A stretch of DNA of 64,000 nucleotides from Oscillospiraceae bacterium (GTDB lineage Bacteria; Bacillota; Clostridia; Oscillospirales; Ruminococcaceae). The notes under the pieces were generated by a model. The model did no database searches and was not told the origin of the DNA. It was given only the letters and a program-made list of their open reading frames with translations. A program made the position numbers and the translations under genes. The stretch spans positions 10,274 through 74,273 of the forward strand of contig JAZQUO010000060.1 in assembly GCA_045631325.1 (NCBI GenBank), given 5' to 3'. The first letter of the stretch is position 1. Each line of letters starts with the position of its first letter. This document shows positions 37,154 through 45,801 of this stretch, piece by piece.

Positions 37154-38030
37154 CTAATCTTCAAATTCGGATTTATGTTCCATGAAGAAATCAAAATACA
37201 GCCTTACGTTCGGAAGTTCGGTCCAGTTTTTTTCTGAAACGGGTTTTGAATCGAGGTCATAAATTTTTGCATCGGGAATTGAAAGAAAAATCGGAGAATG
37301 GCTTGCGATTATGAACTGGCATCCGAAAAATCTTGCGGAATCCATAATATATTTTTTCAGTTCGATCTGAAGCGGAAGGGAAAGACTGTTTTCCGGTTCA
37401 TCAAGGAGATAGAGAGCATCGGAAGTTATTCTGTCAACAAAGAACTTCAATGCACTTTCGCCGTTTGAGAACATATCGACATTTTTCATAAGGCGCTTGT
37501 TAACAAAGTTTGAGGGATTGTTGCGCTTTCGCTTTGCGTCAACAACTTCCTTCATATTTTCATAATCTTCCATTCCTCTGAAATGATAAGGAGTACATCT
37601 TTTATCGGTGAATTCATCAAAAAGTTAAAGACGGCGTTTATCGATTCCGTTGTTGAGGCATCTTATATTTATAAGATAATCGAAAACGTCGTCGCTTGTT
37701 AAAATCTGGCTGTTTTCCGGGATTTCTGCGGATTGTTTTTTGCAGAATCCGAGATAATCTTCAAAAAAAGCACCGCCGGAAAAAGGGGAATGGCGGGTTA
37801 TTTTTGCAGATTCGGCGATCAGGTTAAGGACGGTTGATTTTCCGGAGCCGTTTCCGCCATAGAAAATTGTAATCGGCGAAAAATCAATTTTTTTAAAACC
37901 CTTTTCCGGGAAAATTTTGAAAGGATAAATTCCGTTGTAACAGGTGCGGCGCTGGTTAGCGATAAAACCAACTTCGTCATCATAGGAAGCAAATTCGAAA
38001 GAGTTTATATAAGTTTCCAAAAAAACACCG
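37154..38030 (-). pseudogene. AAA/ABC-type ATPase interrupted by one in-frame TAA
   Basis: The N-fragment has Walker A FYGGNGSGKSTVLN. The C-fragment has Walker B LYLLDEPENSLS and IIASHSP. The two ORFs are in the same frame: stop at 37625..37627, 51 nt (17 codons) to the next ATG at 37573. Confidence 0.6.
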
Positions 38031-38171
38031 CCTTTCTGCTTTTTATTAAAACATAAATAAAACAAAATGCAACGGAATTTAAGGGCGTTGGTGCAATTAA
38101 GGGATAATAGCTATGGAAAATTTTTTGATGTGGTGTTATAATGCAGTTAGAACAGCAAGGAGGGACAGAGA

Positions 38172-39359
38172 ATGGCTTTTGATTTTAATTATTATTCTCC
38201 GACAAAGGTTTGCTTCGGGAGAAAAGCGGAGGAGCAGGTTGGAAAGCTTATCAAAGAATTCGGCGGAAAAAGGGTTCTTTTGCATTACGGCGCAGGAAGC
38301 GCAGTTCGCAGCGGTCTTATTGACAGAATAAAATCCATTCTTGATTCCGAAGGGATTTTTTACGTTGAATTCGGCGGTGCGGTTCCGAATCCGAGGCTTT
38401 CGCTTGTTTATGAGGGAATTGAAATCGGCAAAAGGGAAAACATCGATTTTGTTCTTGCAGTTGGCGGCGGAAGCGCTATTGATTCCGCAAAAGCCATTGC
38501 ATACGGCCTTGGAGAGCCGGATAAAGACGTATGGGAACTTTATCTTAAAAAGAGAAAAGCAGCGGTATGCCTGCCCTTGGGCGCGCTTATAACCATTGCT
38601 GCGGCGGGAAGCGAAACAAGCGCAAGCAGCGTTATAACCAATTGGGAAACCGGAGAAAAACGTTCCTGCAACAATGATATCTGCCGCCCGAAATTTGCGA
38701 TTATGAACCCGGAACTCACCTTCGGACTTCCGGATTATCAGACCCAGGCGGGTTGTGCGGATATAATGATGCACACAATGGAAAGATATTTTACCAATGG
38801 CGGAAATATGGAAATTACCGACGAAATTTCCGAAGGACTTTTGAGGACAGTTATCAAAAACGCGCTTGTTCTTAAAAAAGACCCGAAAAATTATGAGGCG
38901 AGAGCGGAAATTATGTGGGCGGGAAGTCTTTCGCACAACAACCTTACCGGTTGCGGAAACAACGGCGGAGATTTTATGTCCCATAAACTTGAACATGAAA
39001 TCGGCGGAATGTTTGATGTTACCCATGGTGCCGGACTTACGGCAATATGGCCAAGCTGGGCAAGATATGTATATAAAGACTGTCTTCACCGTTTTGAGAA
39101 ATTTGCTGTAAAGGTTATGGGGGTTTCTCCGGCGGAAAGCGCGGAAGAAACCGCTCTTCTCGGAATTGAAGCGATGGAAAAATTCTATCGGGAAATCGGA
39201 ATGCCGACGAATCTTCGGGAACTTGGAATTGAGCCGACGGACAAAGAAATTGAAAAAATGGCTGAAAGTTGCTTCAGAGCATGCGGTGAAAAAGCTTCCG
39301 GTTCGGCAAAGCTTCTTTGCAAAGAGGATATGATCAAAATATACAGAATGGCGAAATAA
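38172..39359 (+). CDS. iron-containing (group III) alcohol dehydrogenase, butanol dehydrogenase/YqhD-like
   Basis: FNYYSPTKVCFGRKAEEQVGKLIKEFGGKRVLLHYG, AVGGGSAIDSAKAI and HKLEHEIGGMFDVTHGAGL are typical of Fe-ADH. Confidence 0.85.
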   Translation: MAFDFNYYSPTKVCFGRKAEEQVGKLIKEFGGKRVLLHYGAGSAVRSGLIDRIKSILDSEGIFYVEFGGAVPNPRLSLVYEGIEIGKRENIDFVLAVGGGSAIDSAKAIAYGLGEPDKDVWELYLKKRKAAVCLPLGALITIAAAGSETSASSVITNWETGEKRSCNNDICRPKFAIMNPELTFGLPDYQTQAGCADIMMHTMERYFTNGGNMEITDEISEGLLRTVIKNALVLKKDPKNYEARAEIMWAGSLSHNNLTGCGNNGGDFMSHKLEHEIGGMFDVTHGAGLTAIWPSWARYVYKDCLHRFEKFAVKVMGVSPAESAEETALLGIEAMEKFYREIGMPTNLRELGIEPTDKEIEKMAESCFRACGEKASGSAKLLCKEDMIKIYRMAK

Positions 39360-39633
39360 GGCGGAAAAATACTTTTTGTTTATTGATGTACCCCCATTTC
39401 TTTGACAGCGCAAAGAAACGGCGGTACGCCGCCAAAGAAACGCTTTCTATCCCCTGCTGTCGCTCCCGCGACCGCTGTCCCCTTATCAAAGGGGACAAGA
39501 TGCACCACTGGATGAAAGGCGGTTTTGATTTATGACCGCCATCGTTCAGGCCGACGGCGGTTTTCATTTTATATTTTTTGCTCGGGTATGTTGTTAAGAT
39601 ATAATTTGGATTTACAAAACGGCAAAACAGAGT

Positions 39634-39676
39634 AAAAAAATACTCTCCGTTTATAAAAACGGAGAGTATTTTTTGT
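39634..39676. terminator. bidirectional Rho-independent terminator between convergent genes
   Basis: aaaaaaatactctccgt-ttataaaa-acggagagtatttttt. Confidence 0.8.
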
Positions 39677-39694
39677 TTTTAACAGGGAGATTTA

Positions 39695-39994
39695 TTAAAG
39701 AATTGCAAGGATGCTTGCTTTTATTCCGGTTTCAATAGTGCGGGCGATTATTTTTCCGCTTTTTACAAGCGCCATTGAAGGGACGTGTTTTATATTGAGT
39801 TCGGCGGAAAGTTCCGGGGAATCGTGGGCATTAAGCCTTACGACTTTTATGTCTTCCCTTTCGGAAGCGATTTCCTCCGCAATTTTTTTGGAATTTCTTC
39901 CGGACCAGGGCGCCCAGATATCCAGAAGGACGGGCTTTTCGGATTCGAGAACTTCTTTTTTGAAGCTGTGTTTGTTTATATTGATAACGGACAT
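39695..39994 (-). CDS. thioredoxin-fold protein lacking the CxxC active site
   Basis: VLLDIWAPWSGRNSKK aligns to thioredoxin VLVDFWAxWCGPCK, with both Cys replaced (S and N). HVPSMALVKSGK aligns to SIPTLxLFKxG. GGAGG RBS. Confidence 0.65.
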   Translation of the reverse strand: MSVININKHSFKKEVLESEKPVLLDIWAPWSGRNSKKIAEEIASEREDIKVVRLNAHDSPELSAELNIKHVPSMALVKSGKIIARTIETGIKASILAIL

Positions 39995-40156
39995 TTTTCG
40001 TCCTCCTTTTCTTTTTGTTTGATTTTATTATAGCGGCGGGAAAAAGATTTTTCCGTAACCTTGTTACAAAAAGGAGATTTTTGAAAAATATTGCAAAAAT
40101 TTTTCCGAAGGTTTATTATATAATCAGAAATTTATTTTTGCGGAGGCGGATTCCGG

Positions 40157-41428
40157 ATGCTTTGTAAGAAAGTTGAAAAAGATTTCCTGGATATTCTTGA
40201 AGAAGAGCTTATTCCGGCTATGGGATGCACCGAGCCCATTGCCCTTGCTTTTGCTGCGGCAAAAGCAAAAGAGGTTCTCGGAAATGATCCGGAAAAAATT
40301 ATTGCGAAATGCAGCGGAAATATTATAAAAAACGTGCGTTGTGTTAATATTCCGAATTCGGACGGAATGACCGGAATTGAAGCCGCCTGCGTTCTTGGAG
40401 CACTTTGCGGCGACGTTTCAAGGGAGATGGAAGTTCTTGAAGCGGTTACTCCGGAGGGACTTGCAAAATCTGTTGAATTCATTGAGAAGGGAAATTGCGA
40501 AGTTGTTTATCTGGAATCTCCGATTCCGCTTCATTTTATAATCCGTCTTGAAAAAAACGGAGAGAACGTTGAGGTTGAGGTCCGCCACAGCCACACAAAC
40601 ATTACAAGAATTTCGAAAAACGGCGAAACGCTTTTCGGCAAAGAAGACAGAGGCGAAATGGTCGCATATTCCGAAAGAGGAAAACTTTCGGTGGAAAATA
40701 TTTTTGAATTTGCGAACGAAGTTGAAATTTCTAAAATTGAAAAATTTGCAAGACGCCAGATCGAATGCAATATGGCAATTGCAGAAAAGGGAATGGAAGG
40801 CGGATACGGAATCGGAATCGGAAAAGAGATGCTTGAAATGAATCCGGGTTCCGTTTTTACGAAGATGAAGGCTTTTGCGGCGGCGGGTTCCGAAGCAAGA
40901 ATGTGTGGATGCAATATGCCGGTTATCATAACTTCCGGAAGCGGAAACCAGGGAATTGCTTCTTCCGTTCCGGTTATTGTTTACGCAAGGGAAAAGGGAA
41001 TTTCCGAAGAGAAAATGTTCCGTGCGCTTGCTTTTTCGAGCCTTCTTACGGTTTTTCAGAAAGAATATATCGGTAAACTTTCCGCTTTTTGCGGTGCGGT
41101 TTCCGCTTCCTGCGCAGCGGGCGCGGCAATTACATATATTGACGGCGGAACAGTTGAACAGATCAAAAACACAATTGACAATACCCTTGCGGATATTCCG
41201 GGAATTATCTGCGACGGGGCAAAATCCTCCTGCGCAGTAAAAATTGCTTCGGCGCTTGATGCTTCGCTTTTTGCGCACGTTCTTGCGATGAAAGGTAAAG
41301 TTTATCAGGCAAACACCGGTATTATTCAGAGCGACGCGGGAAAGACCATCCGAAGTGTCGGACATATCGGAAAAGTCGGAATGAAGCAGACGGATTCGGA
41401 AATTGTTAAACTGATGATTGAGAATTAA
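40157..41428 (+). CDS. L-cysteine desulfidase / UPF0597 (serine dehydratase alpha-like) family protein
   Basis: The N-terminal block LIPAMGCTEPIALAFAAAKAKEVLG..GNIIKNVRCVNIPNSDGMTG is characteristic of the family. Confidence 0.75.
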   Translation: MLCKKVEKDFLDILEEELIPAMGCTEPIALAFAAAKAKEVLGNDPEKIIAKCSGNIIKNVRCVNIPNSDGMTGIEAACVLGALCGDVSREMEVLEAVTPEGLAKSVEFIEKGNCEVVYLESPIPLHFIIRLEKNGENVEVEVRHSHTNITRISKNGETLFGKEDRGEMVAYSERGKLSVENIFEFANEVEISKIEKFARRQIECNMAIAEKGMEGGYGIGIGKEMLEMNPGSVFTKMKAFAAAGSEARMCGCNMPVIITSGSGNQGIASSVPVIVYAREKGISEEKMFRALAFSSLLTVFQKEYIGKLSAFCGAVSASCAAGAAITYIDGGTVEQIKNTIDNTLADIPGIICDGAKSSCAVKIASALDASLFAHVLAMKGKVYQANTGIIQSDAGKTIRSVGHIGKVGMKQTDSEIVKLMIEN

Positions 41429-41435
41429 TAAAATA

Positions 41436-41466
41436 AAAAGGTGTGCCGGAAGGCACACCTTTTTTA
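41436..41466. terminator. bidirectional Rho-independent terminator
   Basis: aaaaaggtgtgcc-ggaa-ggcacaccttttt. Confidence 0.8.
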
Positions 41467-41946
41467 TATGGAGAATTCGATTTTTACGCTGTTTTCGTTT
41501 TTGTTTTTGTGACCTTCGTCCCGGGCGGTTATTGTTCCGCCCATTTTTTTATAAAAGGCAAGGGCGTTTTTGTTTTCGGGATGACAGCCCAGATAAAATT
41601 TTCTGATTTCCATTTCACGGCAGAAATTTCGGATGTAGGCGAAAACTTCCGTTCCGATTCCTTTTCTCCGGAAAGATTCCAGAAGATAGAGGGATTGGAC
41701 ATAGAGCGGATCGGTTTTTTGTAAAATAAGATAACCCGCTTTTTCGGAATTTGCGGTTATGAAAAAGACGGAAAAATCTTCCGAATTTATCATTGAGAGA
41801 TTTTTTGCGTCATGGAAGGGATAATCAAATTCGTCGAGCATTTTATCCGGATAGATTCCGCGGTAGGTGGTAAGCCAGACGCTGCGGCGCATTTCGGAAA
41901 GTTCCCGGGCGTGCTCGGATTTAAGAGGAAGAAAATCGATTTTCAT
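41464..41946 (-). CDS. GNAT-family N-acetyltransferase
   Basis: The acetyl-CoA binding block is LYLLESFRRKGIGTEVF. Size is ~160 aa. AGGAG RBS. Confidence 0.75.
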   Translation of the reverse strand: MKIDFLPLKSEHARELSEMRRSVWLTTYRGIYPDKMLDEFDYPFHDAKNLSMINSEDFSVFFITANSEKAGYLILQKTDPLYVQSLYLLESFRRKGIGTEVFAYIRNFCREMEIRKFYLGCHPENKNALAFYKKMGGTITARDEGHKNKNENSVKIEFSI

Positions 41947-42794
41947 TTCTGTGACTCCTGTGGAAGTTTTTTAGCTGAATCTCTTCGGAGATTTTCGGCA
42001 ATTTCGGCGGAAGTTCCGAAGGAAAGTTTTTGAACAAAGCCGCTTTCGAGTTCATCCGAAACTTCCGGAAGATATTGCCAGAAGCGCTTTGGCATATGAG
42101 CACGGCGGCAGGTTGGATTATAGCGGCTTGTGATTGCAATATGGCGGTAATAGCTTTTCCAAAGGTTTTTATAGAAGGAATCTTCCGTTTCGGGCAGTTC
42201 GAGATTTTCGACCGGGATTATTGCGGTGCGTTCTGGGGTGTGGATCAGAGCGGCACCGTGCTCGGCATCGTAAATCATAAAATGTTCATTCTTTATCCGG
42301 GCGCAGAAGAAGGATTTTATAAGCGGAAGGACAAAATGTTTCGGATGGATCACTGCCACAAGAGCACCGTTTGAATCGGAAAAGCGGGTGAATTGGCGGA
42401 AGCGTTCCGCTTCGTTGTTGACTGCGACACACATTTTATAGACTTTATTGACGGTTTCTTCCCCGATTCGGTTTCCGATTGCCCTGCCTTCGGCAAAAGC
42501 CTTCTTAATGAAGAGAAGAATGGAGATTTCTTTGCCTTCACCGTCGAAAAGATAGGCGCGTTTCACCATATTGAGCACCGTTTCACCGAGTTTTTCGAGG
42601 ATTCCGGTTTCAACGCGTTTTGCGTGCTCAGAATCGGTTTCAATATAATGTATTTTGAGCAGGGAGGGTTCGAGGTCATCATTTATGACGATATCGGAAG
42701 GGATGACTTTCATTGCAAAAGAATCAAAAACAGCGGAAAGAAAACCTTCGAAGGTTCCGTCATAGGAAAAAATCAGAACTCCCCGGTCAGACAT
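41943..42794 (-). CDS. putative DNA metabolism/repair protein (DUF4130, uracil-DNA-glycosylase-like partner of the radical SAM protein)
   Basis: It overlaps the upstream radical SAM gene by 22 nt, which is the usual pairing. The size is ~280 aa. Assigned by context and overall resemblance only. Confidence 0.5.
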   Translation of the reverse strand: MSDRGVLIFSYDGTFEGFLSAVFDSFAMKVIPSDIVINDDLEPSLLKIHYIETDSEHAKRVETGILEKLGETVLNMVKRAYLFDGEGKEISILLFIKKAFAEGRAIGNRIGEETVNKVYKMCVAVNNEAERFRQFTRFSDSNGALVAVIHPKHFVLPLIKSFFCARIKNEHFMIYDAEHGAALIHTPERTAIIPVENLELPETEDSFYKNLWKSYYRHIAITSRYNPTCRRAHMPKRFWQYLPEVSDELESGFVQKLSFGTSAEIAENLRRDSAKKLPQESQK

Positions 42795-44077
42795 TCCATC
42801 ACATCCTCTCCTTTGAGCACCGGTTGGAAGAGCGAAAGCTGTTCCATTCCGTAATCGGTGAAACCGCCCATATTATTGGGAGAAGTTATTGCCCAGAGCA
42901 TGGATTCTGTTGTTTCCGGAAGTTTCTGGAGAGTCTTTCCGTTGCAGGTTACAAAAAACTTTGCCCGTTTGAGCACGATGCCGAGTCTTTTGAGAGCGTC
43001 GAAATCAAGCTTTTGGGTTCTTCTTGCCCGGACTATTCTTTTTGCACCTTTTACGCCGATTCCGGGAACACGCAGGAGCATTTCATAATCGGCTGTGTTG
43101 ACTTCAACAGGAAATTCATCGAGATGGTTCACTGCCCAGGAGCATTTCGGATCGACTTCCGGATGAAGCATAGGCTTTTTCGGATCGATTATTTCGGAAG
43201 CTTCAAAGCCATAGAAGCGCAAAAGCCAGTCTGCCTGATAAAGGCGGTGCTCACGAAGAAGAGGCGGTCTTGTATCAAGGCTTGGCAAAAGGGCGTCTTC
43301 CTGCAAGGGAACGTAGGCGGAAAAATAAACTCGTTTTAAACCGTATTTCTGATAGAGTTTTTCGGTGAGATGCAGGATATGGTAATCCGTTTCCGGCGAA
43401 GCACCGACAATCATCTGGGTGCTTTGGCCTGCCGGAACAAATTTCGGGGTATGGCGGTATTTCATAAGGTCTTCGCGGTTTTCGGAGATTCCGGTCTGAA
43501 TAAGACCCATAGGTTCAAGAATATTGTGTTTTGTCTTATCCGGAGCAAGGCTTAAAAGGGATTTTTCCGAGGGCAGCTCGATATTGACGCTTACTCTGTC
43601 CGCAAGAAGACCAAGCCTTTGTGTCAAAACCGGATCGGCGCCGGGAATTGCTTTTGCGTGGATATAGCCGGCGAAACCGTAATCTTCACGAAGGATACGG
43701 AGAGTTTCAATCATTCTTTCCATAGTCCAATCCGGAGTTCCGACAACGGCGGAAGACAGAAAAAGCCCTTCGATATAGTTTCTTCGGTAAAATTCTATTG
43801 TGAGATGCGCAAGTTCTTCGGGAGTGAAAGTTGCCCGGGGGAAATCGTTTGTGCGGCGGCTTATGCAATATTTACAGTCATAGACGCAGGCGTTGGACAT
43901 CAATACTTTAAGAAGGCTTATGCATCTTCCGTCAGCGGTGAAGGAATGGCAGCAGCCGGAAGGGGTTGCGGCGCCGATTATTCCTTCACTGCTGTCGCGG
44001 CCGTTTCCGCTTGATGAACAGGAAGCATCGTATTTTGCGGCTTCGGCAAGAATTTTAAGTTTTTCGTACATATCCAC
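42773..44077 (-). CDS. putative DNA modification/repair radical SAM protein
   Basis: CVYDCKYC is a CxxxCxxC radical SAM cluster motif. The C-terminal helix-hairpin-helix is LLRVPGIGVKGAKRIVRAR. Confidence 0.75.
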   Translation of the reverse strand: MDMYEKLKILAEAAKYDASCSSSGNGRDSSEGIIGAATPSGCCHSFTADGRCISLLKVLMSNACVYDCKYCISRRTNDFPRATFTPEELAHLTIEFYRRNYIEGLFLSSAVVGTPDWTMERMIETLRILREDYGFAGYIHAKAIPGADPVLTQRLGLLADRVSVNIELPSEKSLLSLAPDKTKHNILEPMGLIQTGISENREDLMKYRHTPKFVPAGQSTQMIVGASPETDYHILHLTEKLYQKYGLKRVYFSAYVPLQEDALLPSLDTRPPLLREHRLYQADWLLRFYGFEASEIIDPKKPMLHPEVDPKCSWAVNHLDEFPVEVNTADYEMLLRVPGIGVKGAKRIVRARRTQKLDFDALKRLGIVLKRAKFFVTCNGKTLQKLPETTESMLWAITSPNNMGGFTDYGMEQLSLFQPVLKGEDVMECLTGEF

Positions 44078-44300
44078 AAAACCACTTCCTTTTAAATACG
44101 AACAAATGTTCTTACTGGAATTCTATTCTATAATATAAAAGGAAATGTGTCAAGGACAAAAATGTACCGGGAAAGGGAATTTTTACCGATAAAATTAAAA
44201 ATAAGAACAACCCCATTTCTTTTAAAAAAAGAAACCGGGTTGTGCCTGCTTTTATGTGGATATAAAAAATGCCTCCCTTTTTTGAAGGAGGGCATTTATC

Positions 44301-44912
44301 TTAATATTTCTGGCGGCATTCGACGACTTTTCCGAAGATATGGACGGGGAGTTTTTCGATTTCTTCGTTGGAATAGAAAATCGGATCATAGGAAGGGTTG
44401 AAGGGTTTAAGGAAAATTCCGTTTGGATGGAACTGGATTTTTTTAACCGTTGCTTCGCTTCCGTCGACCATTACGACGGCTATTTCACCGTTTTCAACGG
44501 AGCTTTGGACACGGACGATTACAACGTCGCCGTCATACATTCTGGGTTCCATGCTGCTGCCTTGAATTTTAAGGGCGACAAATTCGCCGGAAGCGGCGGT
44601 TTCGGAAGAGATTTCCTCGTAATCGAGGATGTTTTCGACGGCGGTTATGGGGATTCCGGCGGCAACTTTTCCGAGAACAGGAATTTTTGTTCCGGAAAGA
44701 GGATTTTTTTCGGAATTGTTTCCGAGAAGGGTGTTCATATTTACGCCGAAGCAATTTGCGATTTTTTCAAGGGTTTCAAAATCCGGTTCACGCTGGGCCC
44801 TTTCGTACATTCCGACGGTGCTTGTTGCAACGCCGAGTTTTTTTGCCAGTTCCGATTGGGTGAGATTATTATCCTTGCGGAGGTTTTTGAAAACTTTGCT
44901 GAATTCGGACAT
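44301..44912 (-). CDS. phage CI/Xre-like repressor (XRE HTH + S24 LexA-like peptidase domain)
   Basis: The HTH is NLTQSELAKKLGVATSTVGMYERAQREP. The S24 domain is VLGKVAAGIP..., ALKIQGSSMEP, VKKI. AAAGGAG RBS before the ATG at 44912. The longer 263-aa ORF start lacks an RBS. Confidence 0.85.
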   Translation of the reverse strand: MSEFSKVFKNLRKDNNLTQSELAKKLGVATSTVGMYERAQREPDFETLEKIANCFGVNMNTLLGNNSEKNPLSGTKIPVLGKVAAGIPITAVENILDYEEISSETAASGEFVALKIQGSSMEPRMYDGDVVIVRVQSSVENGEIAVVMVDGSEATVKKIQFHPNGIFLKPFNPSYDPIFYSNEEIEKLPVHIFGKVVECRQKY

Positions 44913-44943
44913 TGATAAAACTCCTTTTTGTTTTGATAAGACA

Positions 44944-44971
44944 ATAATACCACATTTTGTGAGAATGTCAA
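44944..44971 (-). promoter_or_regulatory. repressor promoter (minus strand)
   Basis: The minus strand reads TTGACA (44971..44966), a 16-nt spacer, then TATTAT (44949..44944). The spacer contains a CAC-N5-GTG site. Confidence 0.55.
44952..44962. promoter_or_regulatory. operator-like inverted repeat CAC-N5-GTG (site 1)
   Basis: cacattttgtg lies inside the spacer of the repressor promoter. Confidence 0.45.
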
Positions 44972-44991
44972 GCGCTGGTGCGAAAATGTCG

Positions 44992-45002
44992 CACATATCG
45001 TG
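44992..45002. promoter_or_regulatory. operator-like inverted repeat CAC-N5-GTG (site 2)
   Basis: cacatatcgtg directly abuts the -35 TTGACA of the rightward promoter. Confidence 0.5.
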
Positions 45003-45031
45003 TTGACAATTTGTAAATTCGGTGGTATAGT
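45003..45031 (+). promoter_or_regulatory. near-consensus rightward promoter driving the structural gene block
   Basis: TTGACA (45003..45008), an exact 17-nt spacer, then TATAGT (45026..45031). Confidence 0.65.
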
Positions 45032-45039
45032 ACGAACTG

Positions 45040-45050
45040 CACGAAACGTG
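45040..45050. promoter_or_regulatory. operator-like inverted repeat CAC-N5-GTG (site 3)
   Basis: cacgaaacgtg lies 9 nt downstream of the -10. The flanking ttgtttgtttg is the reverse complement of the caaacaaacaa flank at 59930. Confidence 0.5.
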
Positions 45051-45267
45051 TTGTTTGTTTGGAGTGTTTTTGAAAGCGGTGAAACCGGGCAAAAAAAGAA
45101 AAACGGCCGGCAGAGTTTCAGTTTGCTTTTAAAAAACGCAGATACGGATGCATTTTACAGAAAAGGGACTCCGTTTTCGGTTTTGACCGAGGGATTTCAG
45201 GCAGGGGCAGCTTTTGCTCATATTATCGGGAGCATTTTTGGAGAGGTATCTTTTTAAGAATTAATAA

Positions 45268-45278
45268 CACATATCGTG
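45268..45278. promoter_or_regulatory. operator-like inverted repeat CAC-N5-GTG (site 4)
   Basis: cacatatcgtg is identical to site 2. It lies 68 nt upstream of the terminase small subunit start. Confidence 0.45.
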
Positions 45279-45345
45279 CTAAAACAAAGGCGAAACGGAA
45301 GTGGTTTAAATGAAAAAAGAAATTTAGGAAGGGAAGGAGGTTCCT

Positions 45346-45801
45346 TTGAAATTGGCGCTTGAGGGAAAGATGGAAAAATTTTGTGAAGAATATATCGTCG
45401 ATTACAACCCGATAAGGGCGGCGATCCGGGCGGGATATTCGGTTTCCGGCGCAAAATCTTACAGTTACCAGCTTCTTAAAAAAGAAAAGGTTGTTTCAAG
45501 AATTTGTGAACTTCAGGCGGAATATATCCGTAAGGGACTTTTTGACAACAGGAACAGGGTTATCAAAGAGTTTTGGGAGATGTATGAAAGAGCCGTTCAG
45601 GCAAAGCCGGTTGAAATTTGGGACAAGGAACTTAAGGAATATGTTGCGACGGGGGAATATCAGTTTGACGATAAGATTGCAATGAAATGTCTTGAATTTA
45701 TCGCAAAAATCGGCGGGATGCTTTCGGAAAAGGAAGGCGAAAAGGAAAAGAAGAAAGAAAATTATGAAATCATATTGAAGGTGGATCCGGATGAGGACTG
45801 A
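45346..45801 (+). CDS. phage terminase small subunit
   Basis: MEKFCEEYIVDYNPIRAAIRAGYS matches the Terminase_2-type N-terminus (FxxEYLxxxNxxxAAxxAGYS). GGAGG RBS with TTG start. It overlaps TerL. Confidence 0.75.
   Translation: MKLALEGKMEKFCEEYIVDYNPIRAAIRAGYSVSGAKSYSYQLLKKEKVVSRICELQAEYIRKGLFDNRNRVIKEFWEMYERAVQAKPVEIWDKELKEYVATGEYQFDDKIAMKCLEFIAKIGGMLSEKEGEKEKKKENYEIILKVDPDED

Noticed and set aside
44252-44260. Possible att repeat: ttatgtgga at 44252..44260 and again at 61412..61420
   Set aside because: It is only a 9-nt match. The chance of such a match between two ~250-nt boundary windows is roughly 0.2. The right copy lies inside an ORF, and there is no integrase to use it.
44301-45092. 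Calling the S24 protein the host LexA, and using the 263-aa ORF start
   Set aside because: The N-terminal DNA-binding domain is an XRE-type HTH, not the LexA winged helix. The gene sits at the edge of a phage-like block. The AAAGGAG RBS supports the internal ATG at 44912, giving a 203-aa protein.
45000-45257. 85-aa plus-strand ORF that could have been a Cro or excisionase-like early gene
   Set aside because: Its start lies upstream of the -35 of the only good promoter. It has no RBS and no HTH-like sequence. After the predicted TSS, only a GTG without an SD remains in frame. I treat it as an untranslated leader carrying operator sites.
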